Shown: positions 1 through 7,480 of the stretch, piece by piece
How the letters are laid out: every line of letters starts with the position of its first letter
How positions within the stretch are numbered: the first letter of the stretch is position 1
NCBI GenBank assembly: GCA_040755995.1
Contig: JBFMAF010000036.1
Coordinates: 192,001-256,000 of the forward strand
Reading direction: 5' to 3'
Length of the DNA stretch: 64,000 nt
Origin: Acidobacteriota bacterium
GTDB taxonomy: Bacteria; Acidobacteriota; CAIWXX01
The notes under the pieces: generated by a model
What the model was told of the DNA's origin: nothing
Databases searched by the model: none
Seen by the model: only the letters and a program-made list of their open reading frames with translations
Position numbers and translations under genes: made by a program

Positions 1-1537
1 GCAGATCTCGCACCGCCCGAGCGAGGACCTCGATGCGATATGGCTTTTGCAGTAAACCGCAGATTCCCGGCGCGCGAAGCTCCTTCAACTGCCTGCTTCC
101 CGCGTCGTAGCCGGTGGTGATGAGCACCTTGACATTCGGATTCAAGCGCCTCAGCTCCCGCAGCGTCTCGATGCCGCCAAGGCGAGGCATCACCATGTCC
201 GCCAGCACCAGAGAGATCTCGCTCGTGTACTCGCGATACAGGTCCAAAGCGTCCAGACCATTCGAGGCCTCGAGGACACGGTATCCGAGTGTCTCCAGTG
301 CCAGCCGCGTCATCTTCCGGACGTCCTGGTTATCCTCTGCGACCAGGATCGTCTCATTTCCCCAGGCTACTTCCGATTCCGCTGCGGTCTGATCCAGCGC
401 CTCAGGCTTCATCAGCGGCAGATATACGTGGACGGTGGTTCCGAGCCCGACCCGGCTGCTGATGTCTACGGCCCCACCGCGGCACTCTACGAGCTGCCTG
501 GCAATCGTCAATCCAAGCCCTGTGCCCTCTCCTCTTGCCTTGGTAGTGAAGAACGGGTCGAAGATGCGGGATCGGATGTCAGGCGGGATACCTGGTCCTG
601 AATCCCGCAGGCTGAGGCGCGCGTAGTGGCCCGGCATGAGGGCCGGAGGCGCGGCCGGTGAGCCTTCTCCGACCCAGGCCTCCGCTGTGTCGATGCTCAG
701 TGTGCCACCTTCCGCCATCGCATCTCTGGCGTTTATGGCCAGGTTCAGGACCACCTGGAGCAGCTGCGTAGGATCCACTTCGACCTGCAAGTCCTCGTCG
801 GCCAGGTTCAAGGAGATCTCGATCGTTTCAGGGATGACCCGTTCCAGGAACTTGCGGGTCTCTTGGAGGAACGAATGGAGTGACAATCGGATGACGCCCT
901 GTTCCGTCTCAGGATGGCTGAATGCCAACAGTTGCTTGGCCATCTGCGCCGCCCTCTCGCTCAGAAGCCGAATGTGAAGAAGCGCCTGGTGGGCGTTGCT
1001 CTCCCCATCTACATCCTGCAGGAGCAGCTCTGTGAATCCCATGATGCCCGTCAAGAGGTTGTTGAAATCGTGCGCCACACCGTCGACCAACATGCCCACG
1101 GCCTCGAGCTTCTGACTTCGGATGAGATCTTTCTGGAGACCGCTCACCTGTCCGGGGCTGCTGATGAGGAAGATGAAGATCCACCTCCGCCGAAGCTGGA
1201 GCAGTCTGGGTCTTACCTGAAGGTAGATCGTTCCCCCGTCCTTACGCCTGTATGCCTGCCGGCACCCGTTCCACACGTCCGTCTCCAACACGCGCTCCCT
1301 CTCGGTCCCGTCCCTGGGCGGCCCCGCAAGTTTGATGTCATCGATGGGCTTCCCATAGAGCTCGGCGCGCGAGTACCCAAGCAGCGAGCAGAAGACCGGA
1401 TCAGCATCTATCAGATTCCCATGGTCATCAACCGCGTAGAATCCAATGCCGGCCGGGCTCGTCTTCAGCATGTCCTCGGCGCGTGGCGGGTTGATCGGGT
1501 TGATTGAATGTCCGCTCGCGAAAGACGCTTCCGGCAT
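1..1537 (-). CDS. PAS-domain hybrid sensor histidine kinase/response regulator (CckA-like); 3' end runs off the window
   Basis: Not in the ORF track because it has no stop in the window. Manual translation from ATG at 1537 gives PAS/PAC (FCSLLGYSRAELYGKPI...RRKDGGTIYL), H-box (SQKLEAVGMLVDGVAHDFNNLLTGI), HATPase (NLAINARDAM, PFFTTKARGEGTGLGL) and REC (ILVAEDNQDV...LADMVMP...LLQKPY). Confidence 0.92.
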   Translation of the reverse strand, partial: MPEASFASGHSINPINPPRAEDMLKTSPAGIGFYAVDDHGNLIDADPVFCSLLGYSRAELYGKPIDDIKLAGPPRDGTERERVLETDVWNGCRQAYRRKDGGTIYLQVRPRLLQLRRRWIFIFLISSPGQVSGLQKDLIRSQKLEAVGMLVDGVAHDFNNLLTGIMGFTELLLQDVDGESNAHQALLHIRLLSERAAQMAKQLLAFSHPETEQGVIRLSLHSFLQETRKFLERVIPETIEISLNLADEDLQVEVDPTQLLQVVLNLAINARDAMAEGGTLSIDTAEAWVGEGSPAAPPALMPGHYARLSLRDSGPGIPPDIRSRIFDPFFTTKARGEGTGLGLTIARQLVECRGGAVDISSRVGLGTTVHVYLPLMKPEALDQTAAESEVAWGNETILVAEDNQDVRKMTRLALETLGYRVLEASNGLDALDLYREYTSEISLVLADMVMPRLGGIETLRELRRLNPNVKVLITTGYDAGSRQLKELRAPGICGLLQKPYRIEVLARAVRDL

Positions 1538-1567
1538 ATCAATCACATAGCTACCCTTCGGAGAGTA

Positions 1568-1640
1568 CCCCTCCATATATATAGTTTCGCGAGTAGGCCG
1601 ATTCTCGCCGGCCAGAATCGATTTTTTTTGAAATTTTTTT
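1568..1640 (-). promoter_or_regulatory. Putative ECF-type promoter facing the hybrid kinase (motif copy 1)
   Basis: Minus strand reads A-tract...GGCGAG aatcggcctac TCGCGAAACT ATATATATGGAGGGG and ends about 30 nt before the kinase ATG. It matches 5745-5781 at 33/37 nt. Confidence 0.6.
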
Positions 1641-1693
1641 TGTTTTGCCGGGCGAGTTTTGGGGGTTTCGCGAAACTTATTATATAGAGGGGA
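1631..1693 (+). promoter_or_regulatory. Putative ECF-type promoter facing the small peptide gene (motif copy 2)
   Basis: T-tract...GGCGAG ttttgggggtt TCGCGAAACT TATTATATAGAGGGG, with the same 11-nt spacing as the other two copies. 1631-1656 matches 5725-5750 at 22/26 nt. Confidence 0.6.
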
Positions 1694-1846
1694 TTTTGCA
1701 AGGATGTACGGCGTGAGAGGTTTTGGGGGTTGCAGGGGCCGAGATCCCGGGTGGACGCCAACGACACGGGTCCTGACCCCCGGCGATTGTCCCAGGCGCC
1801 GGAGACCACAAGTAGTACAATCTCAAGTCAAGAGGAGGACGAGTAG

Positions 1847-2041
1847 ATGACAATAATCAAGTGGGGTTTGCTGGGTTTGCTGCTAAGCCTATTGCTATCA
1901 GGTCCGGCATGGACACCTGCTCCGCCGACAGAAAGCCGCACCACCAGCGGATCGGGGAGCATAGGCCCGGGACAAGGCAATCCGCTGGAGAACGACCCCT
2001 GTTGCGATGTGGGCCTGTCTTGTTGCGAGGTGAAGAAGTAG
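1847..2041 (+). CDS. Small secreted Cys-rich peptide (64 aa)
   Basis: Strong RBS (GAGGAGGA) before the ATG. Signal-peptide-like N-terminus (MTIIKWGLLGLLLSLLLSGPAW), Gly/Ser/Pro linker, and C-terminal DPCCDVGLSCCEVKK. Confidence 0.7.
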   Translation: MTIIKWGLLGLLLSLLLSGPAWTPAPPTESRTTSGSGSIGPGQGNPLENDPCCDVGLSCCEVKK

Positions 2042-2095
2042 CCGAGGAGTCTCAGACGCTCGATACGTTCGTCGCGACCCCGTGACGGACTGCCG

Positions 2096-5056
2096 TCACT
2101 GGTGGAATCTGGAGATTCGGCTGGGATCTCCTACGAGAACGAAGGCCGCCCACGTGCACGGGGCGCCGCCCTTTCCGGCCATTTCGACTTTGGCCTGCTG
2201 CAATGCAGATGACACGTCACGGCCGTTGGATAACATGCCACCATACATGTGGTCCATGAGCTCATTCGTCGCCACATCCTCCACGTTCCACAAGGAGGCG
2301 CATACACTGCCGGCGCCGGCAGCCAGGAACGCCCGGCTCAGGCCTATCGTCCCTTCGGCTCTTGTCTTCTGACCAGTGCCGGTCGAGCATCCGCCCAAGA
2401 CCACCAGGTCGGAGTCGACTCTGAGACGTTGAACTTCCGCGGCGGTCAAGACCCCGTCATCGCCTGACCCAGGATCATTTAGGGATAGCACGATCTCGGA
2501 CAGATCCCCCTCGACCGGGTCGGCGATGGCATGTGTGGCCAGGTGCACGATTCGGCTCGGAGTGGAGATGTCCTTCTTGAGGTTGGTTTCGTTCGCGTGG
2601 AAGTCCAGGCGGACTTCCGGATTCATGCCCGATTCCCGCGCCATGCGTGCGATTCCCAGGACTTCATCCCGCGTTGCCGGCAACCTGCGCAGTCCAGTCC
2701 GAAAACTGGGATACGACGCCGTGGAAGCGGGCATGCTCGGGACGCCCCCCGCGAGAAGGCTCTTCCTCGCTCTCTGATCCTCATCGCTGAATACCGGATC
2801 GCCGAACAGCACCAGCCTGTTCCCCGCATCACAATGCTGGCGGCTTCTGTTCTTGTCGATCTCGACCAGGACGGAAACCGACGGAGCATAAGTGACGGCG
2901 TGTTCCTGAACCAGGTATCGGAGTTCTGCGAACCCGGCTGCCCGGCTGTCCTCTGTCACCACAAGCGCCTCGATGGGAAGTCCGGCCAGCAGACTGTCAG
3001 CCACCACAACCAGGTCGCAATCCCGGATCAGACCCTCTGCCGGGAGAATGAGTTCTTTGTATAGGGTGTGTGCCGCCTGAGCATATTCCCGCACGAGCCC
3101 GGGTGGGGGCACACCTGCCGCGTACTGGCGCGCCAGGGCGGCCTGCCACTCGGCCACGTACCCATCCATCTTGTTCCAGTCGGATAGCCTGAACAGCTGC
3201 ACCGTGTCACTCTTCAACACGATCAAATAGCTTTCCCTGATCCCAGTCTGGTAGACGAGAATCGCGGTGCGCGGATGCCTCGATAGGAATTCTCTTTGAA
3301 CCTGGTCGGCGGACAAAGGTCTGATCGAGGGAGCCGCAGGTTCCGACCCGGATTCGATCTCGATTCTCCTTGCCACCAGGCCGCTCCGCCATCCTTCGAT
3401 GCGATCCAACTCAACTCGACTGAGCTCAATACCCGACTGCGCGACTGCAAGCCGCCGCCCGAGCGCCGAGATCCCTCTCAAGAGCGAAGGATCGCTCCAT
3501 CGATCCAGCCTGGTGTCTGCGGGAGCGCATGGTCCGTTGCCGCGCGAAACGTCAACGAGGAGCTCGCGGCTCCGGCACCGCTCCGCGTACTCGAAGGCCT
3601 TCCGAGCGTGCCCGGGGTCGTGGCTCTTCGAATCCAGCCTGTCAAGGCACATGACGATCTCAGTGCAGATGGCCTTCGCCTGGGAGAGGTATCTTTCCCG
3701 CAACTCCGGCACAGTCGCCTGCTCCCACGCACGCTCGACGTCGTCCAATGCCCGCTCGCAGAGGTCCATTGCCGCTCGGTGGTTTCCCGCCGCCATTTCG
3801 CCGTCGGCCAATGTCTGAAGCGCTCTACGGCGCGGCGCCGGATCCGGATCGTGAGGATCGCACAAGTCGGCTGCCTCTCTGGCCGAAAGCATCATCTTCT
3901 GGGCCTCGCCCAACCCAAAGTAGGCCGGGCCTTGGAGGTTGAGCACCGAGGCAATCTCATCTTGGAGGGCCGCTCGCCGAGCAAGCCCAAGCCCGTCTTC
4001 GAGCAGGCGTAGGCTCTCTGCATAGCGCCTGCTCTTCAGATTCGCGCGTGCGAGAGCGCATATGGCCTCCAACCTCGTACGCGGGTCCAGGCCGCTGCTC
4101 AGCTCGTACGCCCTCCTTGCGCAGTCCATCGATCGCTGGGAATCCTGGCCCCCGATCGAGTCGGCGTCGGCCACCCCAAGCAGGACTCGGTGTGTCGCAG
4201 GTGCCTCGACTCCCGCAAGCCGGCCTGCGTTGCGCAAGTGCACGCGGGCGAGCTCGGATCTCCCGAGGTAAGAGAAGATGTCGTAGAGCTGCAGCTGGAC
4301 CATCGCTTCGGAGACGTCTGCGGCCGCCAGCCCTCTAGCGTGCACACGTGCCTCGCGGAACCGGCCGATCGCCTCTGCATACAGCATCCGTCTGGCCAGC
4401 GACCTCCCCCTTTCGAGGGCCACGGCGTAGCTGCCGTATCTGAAATCAGATGCCCGGGCGGCCTCGTCGGCCCGTGCATAGCATTCCTCCGCCTCCGCGA
4501 ATCGCCCTCGCTCACGCAGATACTTGCCCATCGAAACATCGAGCCAGCAGATGGCTCGATCATTCCGGTGGCGTGCGGCCCAGCGCAACCCCTCGTTGTA
4601 CTGGCTGGCCACGTGGGCCTCGCTCCAGTCCTCTTCCATCTGCCCCGCCCTCAGCGAAAGCCAGTAGGTCCCGAACTGATCAGGGTCCAGGCCACACACA
4701 ACGACCATGTACCGCCCCGTCGACGGCAGGGTCGCGCTGATTCTCGGGTTGAAGAAGCAGTCCGAGTCATCACTCCATGCCAACTCGCGGCCCCGAGGAT
4801 CCACCAGCACCATGTGCGAGTTGAACTCGTAAGAACTGCATGCCAGGGTGACCTGTTGGCCGCGGGAGCCGGCGAATGACCAGCACTGGTGCGGACCGCG
4901 TGGCGCCCTGGCCCAGGAGGGATCGGTCTGGAGGAGGCTTCCGTGGCGCGTCTCGTCGAGCTTGATCTGCCGTTCGCCCTGGATGCTGAATCCATTGTGC
5001 AGCGCACAGAGTAGAGCCATGCTGCCGAGTACCGCGACAAACCCGCGCTGCTTCAT
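2096..5056 (-). CDS. PPC-TPR-CHAT domain protein (caspase-like cysteine protease), probably exported
   Basis: Hydrophobic N-terminus, a PPC-like domain (FAGSRGQQVTL...ATLPSTGRYMVVV...GTYWLSL) and Ala-rich TPR helices. CHAT motifs: AFEYAERCRSRELL, LPIEAL, YAPS, LPATRDEV, IVHLATHA (His), LVVLGGCSTG (Cys), SLWNVED, WAAFVLVG. Confidence 0.92.
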   Translation of the reverse strand: MKQRGFVAVLGSMALLCALHNGFSIQGERQIKLDETRHGSLLQTDPSWARAPRGPHQCWSFAGSRGQQVTLACSSYEFNSHMVLVDPRGRELAWSDDSDCFFNPRISATLPSTGRYMVVVCGLDPDQFGTYWLSLRAGQMEEDWSEAHVASQYNEGLRWAARHRNDRAICWLDVSMGKYLRERGRFAEAEECYARADEAARASDFRYGSYAVALERGRSLARRMLYAEAIGRFREARVHARGLAAADVSEAMVQLQLYDIFSYLGRSELARVHLRNAGRLAGVEAPATHRVLLGVADADSIGGQDSQRSMDCARRAYELSSGLDPRTRLEAICALARANLKSRRYAESLRLLEDGLGLARRAALQDEIASVLNLQGPAYFGLGEAQKMMLSAREAADLCDPHDPDPAPRRRALQTLADGEMAAGNHRAAMDLCERALDDVERAWEQATVPELRERYLSQAKAICTEIVMCLDRLDSKSHDPGHARKAFEYAERCRSRELLVDVSRGNGPCAPADTRLDRWSDPSLLRGISALGRRLAVAQSGIELSRVELDRIEGWRSGLVARRIEIESGSEPAAPSIRPLSADQVQREFLSRHPRTAILVYQTGIRESYLIVLKSDTVQLFRLSDWNKMDGYVAEWQAALARQYAAGVPPPGLVREYAQAAHTLYKELILPAEGLIRDCDLVVVADSLLAGLPIEALVVTEDSRAAGFAELRYLVQEHAVTYAPSVSVLVEIDKNRSRQHCDAGNRLVLFGDPVFSDEDQRARKSLLAGGVPSMPASTASYPSFRTGLRRLPATRDEVLGIARMARESGMNPEVRLDFHANETNLKKDISTPSRIVHLATHAIADPVEGDLSEIVLSLNDPGSGDDGVLTAAEVQRLRVDSDLVVLGGCSTGTGQKTRAEGTIGLSRAFLAAGAGSVCASLWNVEDVATNELMDHMYGGMLSNGRDVSSALQQAKVEMAGKGGAPCTWAAFVLVGDPSRISRFHQ

Positions 5057-5229
5057 TTGAGACTTCCCGGGCCTCGGAGCGGCGACGCAGCTCTCAAGGC
5101 CTGACCTGCACTCTTCCGACGGGTCCGCGCGGCCTCCGCCGTTCCCACCAGCAAGAGCTGCTATTGCAGGACTATGAACTAGAGCTACTATCTCGACCTG
5201 TGAACTCGATCAGCCTAGCAGACCCCCTC

Positions 5230-5275
5230 TGAAAAAGCAATCGCATGCAAGTGAAAAAGCAATCGCATGCAAGTG
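5230..5275. repeat. Perfect 22-bp tandem direct repeat (TGAAAAAGCAATCGCATGCAAG x2)
   Basis: Read directly at 5230-5251 and 5252-5273, followed by TG, in the divergent CHAT/sigma intergenic region. Confidence 0.9.
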
Positions 5276-5661
5276 GGTGGTGGTGGCAAGCGCGCAAGCG
5301 GGTGGTGGGCGGGGGCGCGTTGGCGACGGAGCGACGGGAGAGACGAGCAGAGGGGTCCGGCCGACTGTCCAGGCGGATACCCCGCAACGTCACGAGAGGC
5401 CGCCCGTGGAAGCCGCGGCCGCGGCGGTTGTGGTAGTATTCGAGCCATGATCTGGCCCTGGCGCACGCACCGCATTCCTGTGGAGCGAGGGCTCGGGCCG
5501 CCAGAAGGGCCGCCGGAGCCACATCTCGTCACGCAGGACGCGGCCGGCACCGGCCCCGACGGTGGAATGCCACACGGCATGTGCCTCTCCCGGCTGCTAA
5601 CTACTAGAAACCAAAGACAACACATGCGTTTCCGGACCCGTTCCGGCGCAAGGTAGACCTC

Positions 5662-6216
5662 ATGAGCGCCGAGCTTTTCGCCATGATGAAGCGCGCCCAA
5701 GAGGGTGACCCCGAAGAAAAAAACAAACTTTTTTCGTTTTTGCGGGCGAGAATTGGCACTCTCGCGAAACTATATATATGGGGGGATGATATTGAGGAGG
5801 TCGTTCAGGAGACGATGATGGTGGTCACCAGCCAGTTCCCCTCTTTGAGGACCCCCGAGGCTCTGATCGCGTTCGCCAACAAGGTACTTCGAAACAAGAT
5901 GGGGAATTTGTACAAGCGGCGAGATAGCCGAAAGGCGTTGCTGGTGAGCCTGGAGGAGCTCGAGGAGCACCCCTTCTACACCGTCGAAGAATGGGGTCCT
6001 GGAAAGCTTCATGAGATAGTGTTCGAGGCGATCGAGCTGCTTGGGAATTCGAGGCCGGTCTGCCGCGATCTGCTGATGGGGCTGCTGGCGGGGGAGACCA
6101 GCGAGGAACTGTGCCAGAGTCTGAGCATCCCTCCCCACAGGCTCGATGATCGCGTATACAAGTGTCGTAGTGCTTTGCGGCGGATACTCCGTGAGAGGTG
6201 GGGTCTCCGTGTGTGA
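5662..6216 (+). CDS. ECF-subfamily sigma-70 RNA polymerase sigma factor
   Basis: 184 aa with region 2 (RAQEGD...LF..LR.RI..LA...DIEEVVQET...VLRNK) and a region 4 HTH (LAGETSEELCQSLSIP...RVYKCRSALR). A zf-HC2 gene follows it. Confidence 0.88.
   Translation: MSAELFAMMKRAQEGDPEEKNKLFSFLRARIGTLAKLYIWGDDIEEVVQETMMVVTSQFPSLRTPEALIAFANKVLRNKMGNLYKRRDSRKALLVSLEELEEHPFYTVEEWGPGKLHEIVFEAIELLGNSRPVCRDLLMGLLAGETSEELCQSLSIPPHRLDDRVYKCRSALRRILRERWGLRV
5725..5787 (+). promoter_or_regulatory. Promoter-like motif copy 3, embedded in the sigma factor coding sequence
   Basis: AAACTTTTTTCGTTTTTGCG GGCGAG aattggcactc TCGCGAAACT ATATATATGGGGGG. The 21-mer at 5761-5781 is identical to the reverse complement of 1573-1593. 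Confidence 0.6.
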
Positions 6217-6259
6217 CGAACGGTCTACAGACGCCGCGCGAACTGAGGAGGTGGCCCAG

Positions 6260-6412
6260 ATGAAGCCAGTGACACCACAACGCGGTCCTGTGCCTGCGGC
6301 GACTGTGCCTCCTGGCACGATGTGCCGCCGTCCGAACAACTGCCGTTCCAGTCGTCCCGTTGCGTCGCCGCCGTCAGAGCGGCAAGGACGATTCTGCGAG
6401 CCACTCCGATGA
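6260..6412 (+). CDS. Hypothetical 50-aa Pro/Arg/Cys-rich protein between sigma and anti-sigma
   Basis: RBS GAGGAGGT upstream of ATG 6260. Its TGA overlaps the anti-sigma ATG (ATGA at 6409-6412). No recognisable domain. Confidence 0.45.
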   Translation: MKPVTPQRGPVPAATVPPGTMCRRPNNCRSSRPVASPPSERQGRFCEPLR

Positions 6413-7218
6413 CCGAACTGAAATGCACGAATCCCGAAGCCGGGAAGCTGATCGGGCGGTATGAGCTGGGTGCGCTTGACGATGCTCTGCGCGAGGAGTT
6501 CGTGAAGCATCTGTTGGAGTGTGAGTTCTGCCACAATGAGCTGTTGGTCATGGCCCCGTTCACGGACGTGCTCCGCGAGTATCGCGAGGCGGTCATGCGC
6601 GGCGAGGTGCCTGCGCCTTCACGCCGGGCACCGGCTCAACCAAGGATCGCGGCATGGCGCAGAGCGAATGGAGTTCGGCTGGCCGCTGCTGCGTCACTGG
6701 TCGTAGCCATCAGCGTCGGAGCCCTGATCTGCATGTATCAGCTCATGAAGGAGCCTGGCGAAGATCAAGGCGCTGCGCTGCAGCTGCCGGGCGGTGTGAC
6801 GATCCCCAAGGCGCCGTTTGTCGCGGGCCCCGAGGTGCCGGTCACTCGCAGCCAGGAATTCGGCGACACGTTCCAAAGAGCAATGGCTGCTTACGAACGG
6901 GACGACTTCGCGACCGCAGCCGAGCGGCTCGAGGTTCTGTGCAGGCTTGTTCCAGACCACGCAGATGCACAATTCTACTGGGGGGTATCGCTGCTTTTCG
7001 CCGGAAGACCCGATGATGCCATCGTACCCCTCAGGAAGGCGATAAGGCTCAACACCGGGCACCAACAGGAGGCCTGCCGGTTCTACCTGGCTGCAGCATA
7101 CGTCAAGAGCGGCCGGATGGATGAGGCGCTTGCCGAGTTGGGAAACGTCATTGCCCTGGGCGGGCAACACGGGGAGGATGCCGAGAAGCTCAAGAGTATT
7201 GTGACCCGCATGAAGTAG
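6409..7218 (+). CDS. Zinc-finger (zf-HC2) anti-sigma factor with TM helix and C-terminal TPR domain
   Basis: YELGAL...FVKHLLECEFC (HxxxCxxC), TM segment LAAAASLVVAISVGALI, and TPRs (FQRAMAAYERDDFATAA..., AQFYWGVSLL, RFYLAAAY). Start moved from 6322 to ATG 6409. Confidence 0.88.
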   Translation: MTELKCTNPEAGKLIGRYELGALDDALREEFVKHLLECEFCHNELLVMAPFTDVLREYREAVMRGEVPAPSRRAPAQPRIAAWRRANGVRLAAAASLVVAISVGALICMYQLMKEPGEDQGAALQLPGGVTIPKAPFVAGPEVPVTRSQEFGDTFQRAMAAYERDDFATAAERLEVLCRLVPDHADAQFYWGVSLLFAGRPDDAIVPLRKAIRLNTGHQQEACRFYLAAAYVKSGRMDEALAELGNVIALGGQHGEDAEKLKSIVTRMK

Positions 7219-7480
7219 AACGCAACCTGAGTGCTCGTTTCGGCGCGGCTTGTACGCGTCGGAACGGCAATGGAATAACCGGGGACTGAGAGGATATGTT
7301 TGTCAAATCAGAAGAGCTGTTGCTCGCCGCAACAAGACACTGCAACACCAAGTCTGTAGGAACAACTGAATCGGAAGCAGCGAGTCAGATCGGTGTTGTC
7401 GAGGAACATGTCTTGGCGGCCGATCCGGCTCTTAGCTGTGCGTCATTCCTGCAGCGACACTGCGCAAGGGGTCTAGTCTG

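Noticed and set aside
114..1507. Plus-strand ORFs listed in the first 1.5 kb
   Set aside because: Antisense to the hybrid histidine kinase, which the track missed because it has no stop in the window.
1543..1809. 88-aa minus-strand ORF containing ARIGLLAKLYIW, nearly identical to sigma residues ARIGTLAKLYIW
   Set aside because: Similarity is confined to the shared DNA motif, the rest is not sigma-like, and the second copy breaks the frame. It is better explained as a DNA element than as a gene or pseudogene.
2082..2099. 7-bp hairpin GTGACGG-actg-CCGTCAC between the convergent peptide and CHAT genes as a terminator
   Set aside because: Short stem, no U-tract on either strand, and it overlaps the CHAT stop codon.
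5230..5275. 22-bp repeat as a CRISPR array, or the CHAT+sigma locus as type III-E CRISPR
   Set aside because: Only two abutting copies with no spacer, and no cas genes in the window.
7219..7480. A fourth copy of the sigma-associated motif directly upstream of the BGC; 61-aa ORF 7296-7481
   Set aside because: No GGCGAG-N11-TCGCGAAACT match was seen, so direct control of the BGC by this sigma is not demonstrated. The ORF has no recognisable features.
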